From an uncultured Gammaproteobacteria bacterium (GTDB lineage Bacteria; Pseudomonadota; Gammaproteobacteria; GCA-001735895), in assembly GCA_964196115.1 (NCBI GenBank), contig CAXMRQ010000036.1, positions 1 through 60,970 on the forward strand: DNA of 60,970 nt, read 5' to 3'. Within the stretch, counting starts at the first letter, position 1, and every line of letters starts with the position of its first letter. Positions 48,801-57,545 of this stretch are shown in pieces. The notes under the pieces were generated by a model, which saw nothing but the letters and a program-made list of their open reading frames with translations, searched no databases and was not told the DNA's origin. A program made the translations under genes and the position numbers.

Positions 48801-49947
48801 CGAATGGTTACTGCAACGTCGCGATGGCGAAGGCGGCTTTAAACGTAACGAGCGCGCGCTGGATAGTTTCGGTAGCGCGCCGGTGCCAACCACCAATGCT
48901 TATATAGTCTGGGCATTATTAGAAAGTGGAGAAAAACCTGAAACCTTAACAAAGGAAATTGCCGCGATTAAAAAGCAGGCGCTAAAAAGTAAAGATAACT
49001 ACGTTGTCGCGCTTGCTGCCAATATCCTTTATCTGGCTGGCGATAACCAGGGGGCGACGGGGTTTTCTAAAAAACTCGCGCAGGCTGTCAACAAAGAGGG
49101 CGCAATCAGTGGCGCAATCACCTCCATTACACGATCCGGCGGCGATGCGCTTGCGATAGAAACAACCAGCCTCGCATTACTGGCCTGGCTGAAAGATGAC
49201 GCACAATGGGCCGCACAGGTCGAAGTTTCCATGCAATGGTTATTTGAGCGTAGCAAATCGGGACGCTTTGGTTCTACGCAGTCGACTATCCTCGCGCTTA
49301 AGGCGATTAACGCTTATGACGCTGCTCGCGCTACGCCAAAGCAACCTGGCTCAGTTCAACTATTCGTTGACGGCAGCGCTTTCGGTAAACCAGTCGCTTT
49401 TAACGAGGATTCAAAAGGCGCAATCGAGTTACCGGATTTTGCCGCTGCTCTTGTTCCCGGTGAGCATAGCCTTGCACTGAAAATGGCTGACGGCAGTAAA
49501 ATGCCTTTCGCCTTCGAAGTGACCTACAACACCAGTTTGCCCGTCAGTAGCGAAGCAACTGAGCTCAAGCTGCAAACTCGCATTTCTAGTGCCGACATTC
49601 AGGAAGGTGAAGCCCTGGAAATGGAAGCGGTGATTACCGTTGGCGATAAAAATGCGCCCACGCCGATAGCTATTATTGGCATCCCCGCCGGTCTCGAAGT
49701 GCGTCATGATCAGTTAAAAGAACTGGTGAGTTCTAATCGTATCAGCGCTTATGAAGTAGTAGGCCGTGAGGTAATATTATACTGGCGCGCACTAAAAGCT
49801 GACGAAAAACGCATTATCCCAATCAGCCTTACTGCGGCGATTCCAGGCACTTATACAGGACCTGCTAGCCGTGTTTACCTTTATTATACCGATGAGCACA
49901 AACATTGGCAGAACGGCCATAGCGTAACAGTGCGTCCTCGTGGTTAG
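45883..49947 (+). CDS. Alpha-2-macroglobulin / thioester-containing protein
   Basis: SPase I-type signal, TDKPIYRE, FYPEGG, GWRRF, FTETLYW, thioester motif GCFEQ, FGSTQST, VYLYY. Confidence 0.9.
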   Translation: MLTFKRITTLLGFLITLGFAAWAATDSTTGSIITSQNLGGDERFLIYASTDKPIYREQESLYLRAVFLNAADNTPVKNGQININVKIRGPKGDFVFEGFGVGDDSAAGIKWDIPPGMPGGQYTALITSPSLGTPETERSFEIRAYRAPRLKTQIEFAREGYGPGDLVQATVKVERAEGGIPQDAKVTVLVRVDGKEVFKKSGFVISDDGTLSTEFKLPDTIEVGDGSLSFIIEDGGVVETASKTLPILLQTMDIAFYPEGGDLVAGIASRVYLQAKRPDGKPADIEGRIVEMEGEKPGTLPVAKLATQHEGRGIFTITPKAGKHYALVLDSPSGINRHFLLPTIKSSGTVIKSMKPVFHYQEGIAVEVTSNSVNPATTITLHKREALLDTGAISGNSNTITLDAKDSEGVLIVTAWDAAGNPLAERLVYREPKFSVNVDIQADSDSFVPGAEVSLDILTTDENGKPVEAVVGITVTDDAVLEIIEKREQGPRLPVMVYLENEVRDLADAHIYLDAQNQQAPQALDLLLGTQGWRRFILVRYDEIKQSYPEHGKRVLAERQPEDIYPQAVGMMQGLEIGLFAGAAPVEEIAGEDKRQKAKAIVENAEPKKKIANDEAGNFNLAQEPQGLLAEADIAMEMRVMRRPVMTIREYAYQVRPNRKANDRVDFTETLYWHKGIRTGARDGKATVKFSLSDSVTTFRVMGDAFGNNGALGSNDMVINSVEPFYIEPKMPLEVTVGDIIELPVALVNASNEDISSANLLVKGEGVSITQAKPITLAAGERVRRVVRLVANKPGSFSLKLTAAAGPYTDSVTRMLSIKPKGFPISINHGGLVGPEQAFNTQITIPEEMELGSLTSIVKVYPSPLANMEEALNALLRQPNGCFEQTSSSNYPLVMAQQYFMSHQGVNPEKIAQAKKLLNAGYKKLIGFESGDKGYEWFGANPAHEALTAYGLMEFRDMAKIMPVDESMIKRTREWLLQRRDGEGGFKRNERALDSFGSAPVPTTNAYIVWALLESGEKPETLTKEIAAIKKQALKSKDNYVVALAANILYLAGDNQGATGFSKKLAQAVNKEGAISGAITSITRSGGDALAIETTSLALLAWLKDDAQWAAQVEVSMQWLFERSKSGRFGSTQSTILALKAINAYDAARATPKQPGSVQLFVDGSAFGKPVAFNEDSKGAIELPDFAAALVPGEHSLALKMADGSKMPFAFEVTYNTSLPVSSEATELKLQTRISSADIQEGEALEMEAVITVGDKNAPTPIAIIGIPAGLEVRHDQLKELVSSNRISAYEVVGREVILYWRALKADEKRIIPISLTAAIPGTYTGPASRVYLYYTDEHKHWQNGHSVTVRPRG

Positions 49948-50020
49948 ACTTGGACCTGAATTATTACCAGGTAGGAATAATCATCGAACTTCGTTGCCTA
50001 CAGGGCATTATATGTTTGGC

Positions 50021-50782
50021 CTAAAGCGGGATCTGCCGAACCAGCTCACTCATCTTCTCTGCTGCGATCTCGCTGCCCTGATCTCGCTGCCATTCGATGT
50101 ACTGCGAGCAAAAGGCCGCGACTTCGGCTTTGCCCGACAGCGCGTTTAAATCATCGATCGAACGGACTCCAAAGCCGACTGCCAGCGGCAAATCGCTATA
50201 CTGTCGTATTTTAGCAATATAGCTCTGGAATTCTTCACCCCAGTGCGTCTTGTGCCCGGTAACGCCCATGCGCGAAACCACATAAATCATGCCGCGGGCT
50301 GCTTTGGCGATTTTTTCAATTCGTGCAGGAGCGGTGTTTGGTGTAACCATCAAAATCGGTGCCAGCCCCAGCTTATCGAGCGTTGGCAACCAGGGTTCGA
50401 TTTCTTCCACCGGCCAGTCGGGAATAATCATGCCTTTAATACCAACCGCCGCGGCTTTTTCGAATAAAGCCTGCAAACCATAACGAAACAGCGGGTTGAT
50501 ATAACTCATTAATATGAAAGTCGTTTGCGGATGCCTGGCACAAACCTTTTCGGCCAGGTCGAGCGTCGCCCTTACTGAGCCGCCCTGTTTCAGCGCATCG
50601 TAACAGGCATTCACCAACGTATGCCCATCGGCCACCGGGTCGCTGAAAGGCACCTGTAATTCGATCAGGTTAACTCCGGCCTCAACCAGGCCTGCTATCG
50701 CTTTTTCATTTTCTTCGAGGTTTGGAAAGCCAACAACGGCATGCGACATCACCTGTAGATTATCGTTTTGAGATGGAAACAT
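50021..50782 (-). CDS. trpA: Tryptophan synthase alpha chain
   Basis: IELQVPFSDPVADG catalytic Glu/Asp, YVVSRMGVTG, VGFGV. Confidence 0.93.
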   Translation of the reverse strand: MFPSQNDNLQVMSHAVVGFPNLEENEKAIAGLVEAGVNLIELQVPFSDPVADGHTLVNACYDALKQGGSVRATLDLAEKVCARHPQTTFILMSYINPLFRYGLQALFEKAAAVGIKGMIIPDWPVEEIEPWLPTLDKLGLAPILMVTPNTAPARIEKIAKAARGMIYVVSRMGVTGHKTHWGEEFQSYIAKIRQYSDLPLAVGFGVRSIDDLNALSGKAEVAAFCSQYIEWQRDQGSEIAAEKMSELVRQIPL

Positions 50783-50784
50783 GA

Positions 50785-52044
50785 TTATTGCGCCTCCATT
50801 TCAGCCAGCAACTCCTGCGATCGTGCGGCCTCGCGTTGCAGAAATCCGGTCCATTCGGGCTGCGGAAAGGCGCGTGCGATATTAAATATATCCTTGTCGC
50901 CACGGCCGCTTAGATTGATGACAATATTTTGCTCGGGTTTCATTTTCTTCGCGCGTTTAAACCCACCCGCGAGACCATGCGATGATTCGAGTGCAGGGAT
51001 AATACCCTCGGTTTTCATCAGCAGGCTAAAAGCATCGGTGACTTCGTCGTCGGTGGCCGACTCGGGCGTCACCCGACCCTGTTGCGACAGGTGAGCCAGA
51101 ATCGGTGATACACCGACATAATCGAGCCCAGCTGCAATACTGTGGGTGTCACCGAGCTGACCGTCGTCGTTTTGTAAAAACAGCGTTTTGTAACCCTGCG
51201 CTATACCGGTTTCACCAGTACCTTTAAGCAATCGCACCGAATGCTGACCCTCTTCAAAACTAATTCCGCCAGCCTCTACGCCCACCAGGGTAACTGCTTC
51301 ATCGTCGAGAAAATTAGCAAACGCGCCCAATGCATTAGAGCCGCCGCCGACACAGGCAACAATTTCATCGGGTAGCTTGCCCAGCTGTTTTAAAGCCTGT
51401 TGCTTGATTTCCTCGCTGATCACGCCCTGGAAATAAGACACCAGCTCCGGAAACGGCGCCGGTCCGCAGGCAGTGCCGAGTACATAGTGGGTGGTTTCCA
51501 CCGATGCTGCCCAGTCGCGCAATGCCTCATCTAGCGCCTCCTTCAAGGTTTGCGCGCCGGTCGTGACACCAACTACGTTGGAGCCGAGTTGGCGCATCCA
51601 GAAAACGTTCGAGTACTGGCGTTCGATATCTTCAGCGCCCATGTAAATAGTCGCATCCAGCCCCATTCGCGCTGCCATAATAGCGGTAGCCAGGCCATGC
51701 TGACCGGCACCGGTTTCGGCAATCACGCGTTTCTTACCCATGCGCTGCACCAACAAACCCTGACCGAGCACATTATTCATCTTGTGCGCACCGGAGTGGT
51801 TCAAATCTTCGCGTTTTAACCAGATCATCGCACCGCCGAGTTGCTTCGACAGACGGTGTAAAGGTGTTAATGGCGTTGGGCGACCGCTGAATTCCTGGGT
51901 TAGTTGCAGGTATTCTTGCCAGAACTCGGGGTCATCGCGTAACTGAAAAAATAAAGTTTCTAACTCGGTTAAGGCGGGCAAAAGGATTTCAGGGACAAAG
52001 CGTCCACCGAATTCTCCAAAATAGCCATTATCACTGCGAATCAT
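50785..52044 (-). CDS. trpB: Tryptophan synthase beta chain
   Basis: KREDLNHSGAHKMNN PLP lysine, AETGAGQHG, CVGGGSNA, LSGRGDKD. Confidence 0.95.
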   Translation of the reverse strand: MIRSDNGYFGEFGGRFVPEILLPALTELETLFFQLRDDPEFWQEYLQLTQEFSGRPTPLTPLHRLSKQLGGAMIWLKREDLNHSGAHKMNNVLGQGLLVQRMGKKRVIAETGAGQHGLATAIMAARMGLDATIYMGAEDIERQYSNVFWMRQLGSNVVGVTTGAQTLKEALDEALRDWAASVETTHYVLGTACGPAPFPELVSYFQGVISEEIKQQALKQLGKLPDEIVACVGGGSNALGAFANFLDDEAVTLVGVEAGGISFEEGQHSVRLLKGTGETGIAQGYKTLFLQNDDGQLGDTHSIAAGLDYVGVSPILAHLSQQGRVTPESATDDEVTDAFSLLMKTEGIIPALESSHGLAGGFKRAKKMKPEQNIVINLSGRGDKDIFNIARAFPQPEWTGFLQREAARSQELLAEMEAQ

Positions 52045-52085
52045 TGCGGTCTCCGGGCTCTAAAAATTTAATTTAAATGACATTA

Positions 52086-52100
52086 ACTAAACGGTTTAGT
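52086..52100. promoter_or_regulatory. Putative TetR operator
   Basis: Perfect 7-1-7 palindrome ACTAAAC-G-GTTTAGT between divergent trpB and tetR. Confidence 0.7.
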
Positions 52101-52137
52101 ATAGTTTGCATATTATCAACCGAAAATCAAGTTGCCA

Positions 52138-52599
52138 ATGGCGCAAAAGTCCAAAAAGGAACACATCATCGGTGTCGCCCTGCCGCTATTTTTACAAAAC
52201 GGCTTCAAAGGCACATCGATTGATATCGTGGTTAAAAAAAGCGCAGTATCCAAACCTACGGTTTATAACCATTTTCCCGATAAGGCCGCGCTAATCTTAG
52301 CGGTTATCGGGCAGTGGGTAGAAGCCAACAAACCCTCGTTGCTATTCAAATACGATTCACAGGCATTCGAAGAAATGATTCGAACTCAATGGTTGACCGG
52401 CGACGCGGTGCGTCTGTATGCACTGGTGATCAGTGAAGGCTGGCGATTCCCCAAGGCGCGAAAGTTATTCTGGAACCAGCACGACGAAATATGGCGCAAG
52501 GCATTAAGCTATGTCGCGGAGCGATTACCGGGTCGCGATCAAACTCCAGTCGAGCCGCTACTCGATCACGAATTAATGAGTAGGCTTAAAGAGCTTTAA
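52138..52599 (+). CDS. TetR/AcrR family regulator
   Basis: LFLQNGFKGTSIDIVVKKSAVSKPTVYNHFPDK HTH. Confidence 0.9.
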   Translation: MAQKSKKEHIIGVALPLFLQNGFKGTSIDIVVKKSAVSKPTVYNHFPDKAALILAVIGQWVEANKPSLLFKYDSQAFEEMIRTQWLTGDAVRLYALVISEGWRFPKARKLFWNQHDEIWRKALSYVAERLPGRDQTPVEPLLDHELMSRLKEL

Positions 52600-52650
52600 G
52601 CCGGACTCCGGGGACAAGATTCCTAACTTACCTGGCTCGGGAAAATAAAA

Positions 52651-52679
52651 TTTACACATATACGCCAATGGCGTATAAT
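52651..52679 (+). promoter_or_regulatory. higBA promoter with overlapping operator
   Basis: TTTACA-N17-TATAAT; palindrome TATACGC-N5-GCGTATA (52659-52677). Confidence 0.8.
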
Positions 52680-52686
52680 TCGGATT

Positions 52687-52998
52687 ATGATCATTATAGA
52701 AACTTCGGTGTTTGGCCGACTGATTCAGGGATTGATGAGCGACGATGAATACCGCACTCTCCAGGAGGCTATAATCACGCGACCAGAAACTGGAGATTTA
52801 ATCAAAGGTAGTGGTGGCTTACGAAAAATGAGATGGAAACTGGAAGGGCAAGGTAAGCGCGGCGGCATTAGAGTAATTTACTACTGGGTTACAGCTGATG
52901 ACCAAATTCGAATGTTGTATGTTTATCGATAATCTAAGCAGGCAGACTTAACACAAGAGCAGCTAGCGACATTGAAATCAATTGTTGAGAGATGGTGA
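52687..52998 (+). pseudogene. higB: RelE/HigB-2 family toxin with premature stop
   Basis: IKGSGGLRKMRW...GKRGGIRVIYY; TAA at 52930-52932 followed in frame by SKQADLTQEQLATLKSIVERW*. Confidence 0.82.
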
Positions 52999-52999
52999 A

Positions 53000-53293
53000 A
53001 TGAATAAATTAATGTTTGATGAGTTATTACAAAGTGTTGATGAAATGGATCAAATCGGTAAAGGAAAAAAACAGCCCACACGCCAATTTGAATTTCCTGA
53101 CCCTGAAGTAAAATTAATCCGTGAAAATATTGGGTTATCACAGGCCAAATTTGCGATGTTGATTGGTGTTAGTAAACGAACACTGGAAAATTGGGAGCAA
53201 GGTAGGCGCCATCCAACGGGCCCGGCAAAAGCATTGCTGCGAATACTAGATGTCGATCCTAAACATGCTGTAGAGGCCTTATATAACCAGTAA
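53000..53293 (+). CDS. higA: HigA-2-type HTH antitoxin
   Basis: FDELLQSV...IRENIGLSQAKFAMLIGVSKRTLENWEQGRRHPTGPAKALL. Confidence 0.88.
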   Translation: MNKLMFDELLQSVDEMDQIGKGKKQPTRQFEFPDPEVKLIRENIGLSQAKFAMLIGVSKRTLENWEQGRRHPTGPAKALLRILDVDPKHAVEALYNQ

Positions 53294-53409
53294 ATGTCCG
53301 CCAAAACATCTACCTGGGAGGCTAAAAGCTAGACCTGACCCTGGCACCAACAATAAATCTGCATGGGACTTTCCACAGGCCGGTGAAAAGCTTAGTGTAG
53401 AATCCATAT

Positions 53410-55404
53410 ATGAAACAGTTAGCCGTCATTAGATTCTGGTACGAAGGCAATGCCTTTGCGCCGAGCAATGCCACAAGGGATGCTTTTAAGGACCGCGAAT
53501 GGGTAGCGGGCTTGGCGGCAAAGGAATTTTATCAAAACACGAATGTAGAAGTGGCCGCGGTTGAAGATTTCATCTCCGATCATCCTGATATCGAAGCACA
53601 TTATATTTTTTGTGCGGCAGCCTACCCCGCTGGGCCGATGGAAGAAGGGCTGTTTAGCGAAATACTGGCCCGTATAGAAAAGGGACTAAAGGGTCGCAAA
53701 TGGGATGGGATTTATCTGTCCCTGCATGGCAGTGCGGTTACTGAGGAAGAAGCCCAACCTGAAACCACCTTATTAAAATTCGTACGTGAACTGGCAGGGG
53801 CAGCCGTACCTATTGCCATCTCGTTTGATCTGCACGCCAATATCAACCCCGAAATAGGCCAGCTAGCCGATATTATCTGCGGCTATAAAACCTATCCTCA
53901 TGTCGATATGCTGGAAACAGCCGCTAAAGCGTTAAGCCTGCTCGGTAAAACAATGGCCAATGAAATCAGCCCAACCACGACGATTATTCCGGCAGGTTTC
54001 GCTCCCACCAGCTTCAATATGCGCACCGACCAGGGCCCGATGGCCGATATGATGGCGCAAGCAGAAAAGGCCGAGTTCGAAAACGGCTTTTACGATGTCA
54101 GTGTATTTGGTGGTTTTGTTTATGCTGACACCGTAGATACTGGCGCATCGATTACCATTTGTGCCGATGCTGATGCCACGGCAAAAGCCATTAAGCTTGC
54201 AAATATCTTTCGCGCAAAGGCGCCGCAATTTGACGTGAAATTACCACCGGTAGCGCAAATATTAATCGACATTGGCAATTCGCTTAAGCAGAAAACCCTC
54301 GGCCCACCGATCGCAATGATAGAGCCGTCAGACAATATATTTTCCGGCGGCGGGGGTGATACACCAGGGTTGTTGGCAGCCGTACTTAAATCGGATATCA
54401 AAGCGCCATCTTTATTTGCCTTCTTCTGGGATCCGAACATAGTTCAGGATGCGATTCATGCAGGTATTGACGGCAAAATAGATTGTAAAATTGGTGGCCG
54501 ACTGACACCTAAATTCGGCCCACCGGTTGAAATGTCGGCGCGCGTAGAAAAACTGACCGATGGCAGGTTTAGCAATCTCGGTCCGATGGAAAAAAACCTG
54601 AAAGTTGATCTCGGGCCAACAGCAGTTTTGAATAACGACAATCTTTCCATTATCGTTACCAGCAAAAACATACCAGTGAACGACAGGGCCTATTTCAAAT
54701 TGCATGGCATGGAGCTGGATAATTTTGCTATTGTTTATGTGAAAGCGAAAAACCATTTCCGCTCCGCTTTCGAGGATCAATTCGGCCAAATTATCGAAGT
54801 TGAAACCCCGGGACCGGCCGCATCTGATCTTTCTTCTTTCTGCTTTAAAAATGTGCCAGAGAGTATGTTAAATACAGCAATCACAGTTCAGCCAGTCAGC
54901 ATCAGTGACGCTAAAACCATCGCCGCTATTCATACGTCCAGCTGGCGCGATGTCTATAAAAATATCCTGCCAAAGTCCTATCTGGCCGGGGAAATTGAAC
55001 AGGAAAGAAATGAATTCTGGCATCGAAAAATCCTCGAAATAGACGCTAACGAAATGGTGCTGACGATAAATTCAGGCGATATCATTATCGGCTTTATCTG
55101 GATAACGCGAACCGGCGAACCCGGATATGATGCAGTGATCGAAGCGCTGCATATTGAAGCCAGCAACAAAGGCTGCGGCTACGGCAAAAAAATAATAAAA
55201 GCGACTGTACAACAGCTAGTCAGTGACGGGCTACAGTCTATTTGCTTGCGGGTTTTTGATGAAAACACGCCTGCCATTCAGTTTTACCGACATATTGGTG
55301 GTATAAAAGACCAGAGTGGTATCGATAACTTTACGGATGACAACGCGCCAGATAGCCGCATCGGCTGGAAGGATATAAAAACATTATTGGCAGCGCTCAA
55401 TTAA
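53410..55404 (+). CDS. MlrC/M81 metallopeptidase fused to a C-terminal GNAT acetyltransferase
   Basis: LSLHG, DLHAN, YPHVD, GGGGDT, VKAKNHFR; then DAKTIAAIHTSSWRDVY...GCGYGKK...LRVFDENTPAIQFY. Confidence 0.85.
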   Translation: MKQLAVIRFWYEGNAFAPSNATRDAFKDREWVAGLAAKEFYQNTNVEVAAVEDFISDHPDIEAHYIFCAAAYPAGPMEEGLFSEILARIEKGLKGRKWDGIYLSLHGSAVTEEEAQPETTLLKFVRELAGAAVPIAISFDLHANINPEIGQLADIICGYKTYPHVDMLETAAKALSLLGKTMANEISPTTTIIPAGFAPTSFNMRTDQGPMADMMAQAEKAEFENGFYDVSVFGGFVYADTVDTGASITICADADATAKAIKLANIFRAKAPQFDVKLPPVAQILIDIGNSLKQKTLGPPIAMIEPSDNIFSGGGGDTPGLLAAVLKSDIKAPSLFAFFWDPNIVQDAIHAGIDGKIDCKIGGRLTPKFGPPVEMSARVEKLTDGRFSNLGPMEKNLKVDLGPTAVLNNDNLSIIVTSKNIPVNDRAYFKLHGMELDNFAIVYVKAKNHFRSAFEDQFGQIIEVETPGPAASDLSSFCFKNVPESMLNTAITVQPVSISDAKTIAAIHTSSWRDVYKNILPKSYLAGEIEQERNEFWHRKILEIDANEMVLTINSGDIIIGFIWITRTGEPGYDAVIEALHIEASNKGCGYGKKIIKATVQQLVSDGLQSICLRVFDENTPAIQFYRHIGGIKDQSGIDNFTDDNAPDSRIGWKDIKTLLAALN

Positions 55405-55556
55405 CCTGGAACCCTCTATAAAATCTCATTTAACGTATTCGCGCATCGACCCTTTAAAAATAGATCCTTCGATGCCGTAGCAGTAATTTATAGTGATTAA
55501 ATTCTGCTGTATAAATAAGCTACAATACCCACAACTTTCACTTACCGAAAAATATC

Positions 55557-56372
55557 ATGCCACGTTTCAATCGGCTCTTAATCACCGGCGCAGCCGGAAA
55601 CCTTGGCCGCGAACTCCGTCGAGGCCTTGCGCCACTGGCTACAACCCTGCGCCTCACCGACCGTGGGGAGATGGGAACGGCGGAAAACCACGAAGAAGTC
55701 ATGCCCTGCGAACTTGGCGACTTCGATGCGGTTATGAAAGTGGTAGAAGGCTGTGACGCGATAGTTCATTTTGGCGCGGCCCCAGTGGAGAGACCCTGGG
55801 AAGAAATTCTCGACAGCTCGATCAAAGGCGGCTACAACATTTATGAGGCGGCACGACGGCATGGAATTAAGCGTATTATCTACGCTAGTTCGATTCACGC
55901 CGTTGGCTTTGAGCGTCGCGAGGATGGTGCCGATACTGACACAGATCATAATCCCGACACCTTGTATGGAGTCTCCAAGTGTTTTGTTGAAGATCTGGCG
56001 AAACTGTATTTTAACAAGTTTGGTATCGAGTCGGCGTGTTTGCGCATTAATTCATGCTTCCCAAAACCGGTTGATCGTCGGCATCTAGCCACCTGGTTAA
56101 GCTTTGACGACATGATCCATCTGGTCGAACGCTGTTTGCTATCCGAGCGCATCGGACATACCATCGTCTATGGTATTTCCGACAACCAGGAAGTGTTTTT
56201 TTCCAATCACAAGGTGGCGCATTTGGGCTATCGACCGAAAGATAACGCGGAGGCGTACCGCGAGGAAGTCGAAGCAACGGTTGGCCCCGGCGACCCACAC
56301 GACCCAGCTATCGAATATGTCGGTGGATTTCTCTGTGCTTATGGTCATCCGGATGAAGAGGAGCGACTTTAG
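55557..56372 (+). CDS. NAD-dependent epimerase/dehydratase, uronate dehydrogenase-like
   Basis: ITGAAGNLG, YASSIH, LYGVSKCF, YRPKDNAE. Confidence 0.8.
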   Translation: MPRFNRLLITGAAGNLGRELRRGLAPLATTLRLTDRGEMGTAENHEEVMPCELGDFDAVMKVVEGCDAIVHFGAAPVERPWEEILDSSIKGGYNIYEAARRHGIKRIIYASSIHAVGFERREDGADTDTDHNPDTLYGVSKCFVEDLAKLYFNKFGIESACLRINSCFPKPVDRRHLATWLSFDDMIHLVERCLLSERIGHTIVYGISDNQEVFFSNHKVAHLGYRPKDNAEAYREEVEATVGPGDPHDPAIEYVGGFLCAYGHPDEEERL

Positions 56373-56533
56373 TCATAAAATGAAAGGCGTTGGTTTGGTT
56401 AATCAGTTGTGCGTTGTGGCAGTTAATCACCCCACCCCGCCGATTAACAATCAACTCTCGAAACCTACTCACCAACCAAAATACCGGACACTACTGCGGC
56501 AAATTAATAAGATTCGAAAAAGAGTAAAATCCC

Positions 56534-57316
56534 ATGATAGCGCAAAATCGTATTCAACCACTATTCCAGTTAGACGGTAAAGTCGCCCTGGTCACCGGTG
56601 CGAGTAAAGGCATTGGCGAAGCGATGGCCCGCGGACTCGCCGAATTTGGTGCAAAAGTCGTTGTTAGCAGCCGCAAACAGGAAGCAGTTGATGCGGTTGC
56701 CGAGTCTTTTAAAACTGATGGACTCGAAGCCACCGGTATTGCAGCCAACGTTGGCAGTATCGAAAACATTCACAAGTTGGTCGATAAAACAGTCGAAACC
56801 TACGGCGGGCTCGACATCATTATCAACAACGCCGCTGTAAATCCGGTTTTTGGACCGATTCAAAATACCGACGAACGCGCCTTCGACAAGATCATCGATG
56901 TCAACCTCAGGGGACCGTTTGAGCTGTGCAAAAAAGCCTATCCGATTCTAAAGGAACGTGGCGGCGGTTCGATCATTAATATTAGCTCGATTGGCGGTCT
57001 TACCCCGGAAGCAGGCATTGGCATTTATAGTGTCAGCAAGGCAGCGATTATTAATTTGACCCAGGCAATGGCACAGGACTGGGGTGTCGATAGTATTCGC
57101 ATCAATGCGATTTGCCCCGGCCTGATCAAGACCAGATTCAGCGAAGCGCTGTGGAACGACAAAAAAATTCTTAATCGATTTTTAGAAAAAATCCCACTCG
57201 GTCGGGCGGGTATAGCAGATGATATTGCCGGGATGGCGGTATTTCTGGCGTCAGATGCCGCGGCTTATTGCACTGGTGGTGTTTATACCGTGGATGGGGG
57301 TTATGTGGTCAATTAA
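56534..57316 (+). CDS. Short-chain dehydrogenase/reductase (DHRS4-like)
   Basis: TGASKGIG, NNAA, YSVSK, NAICPG, VDGG. Confidence 0.9.
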   Translation: MIAQNRIQPLFQLDGKVALVTGASKGIGEAMARGLAEFGAKVVVSSRKQEAVDAVAESFKTDGLEATGIAANVGSIENIHKLVDKTVETYGGLDIIINNAAVNPVFGPIQNTDERAFDKIIDVNLRGPFELCKKAYPILKERGGGSIINISSIGGLTPEAGIGIYSVSKAAIINLTQAMAQDWGVDSIRINAICPGLIKTRFSEALWNDKKILNRFLEKIPLGRAGIADDIAGMAVFLASDAAAYCTGGVYTVDGGYVVN

Positions 57317-57490
57317 CCTTTAATGAAACGCTCCTAGGGTGTTTTCAGCGCAATCGATTTTTACGCCTATAGTTACTGTACATGACGATATTTCATATAT
57401 TCTATTCAGCTGATCGAACTCCTACCTGGTGTTATTAGAAATCTTATACAGCTAATGATCTATCAATGTGATAATTACAGATGCGGCGCC

Positions 57491-57529
57491 TAGGAGTCTG
57501 TCGGACTTAGGTAATTGTAGCGAGGAAAA
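57491..57529 (+). repeat. Truncated left end of MITE family A
   Basis: TAGGAGTCTGTCGGACTTAGGTAATTGTAGCGAGGAAAA, similar beyond the TIR to 11821-11860. Confidence 0.75.
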
Positions 57530-57545
57530 ATTATAGTGGACCAAT

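Noticed and set aside
56380-56520. GTTAATC/GATTAAC inverted repeat and a 136-aa ORF across the intergenic region
   Set aside because: Short imperfect stem, single occurrence, and the ORF overlaps both neighbours out of frame
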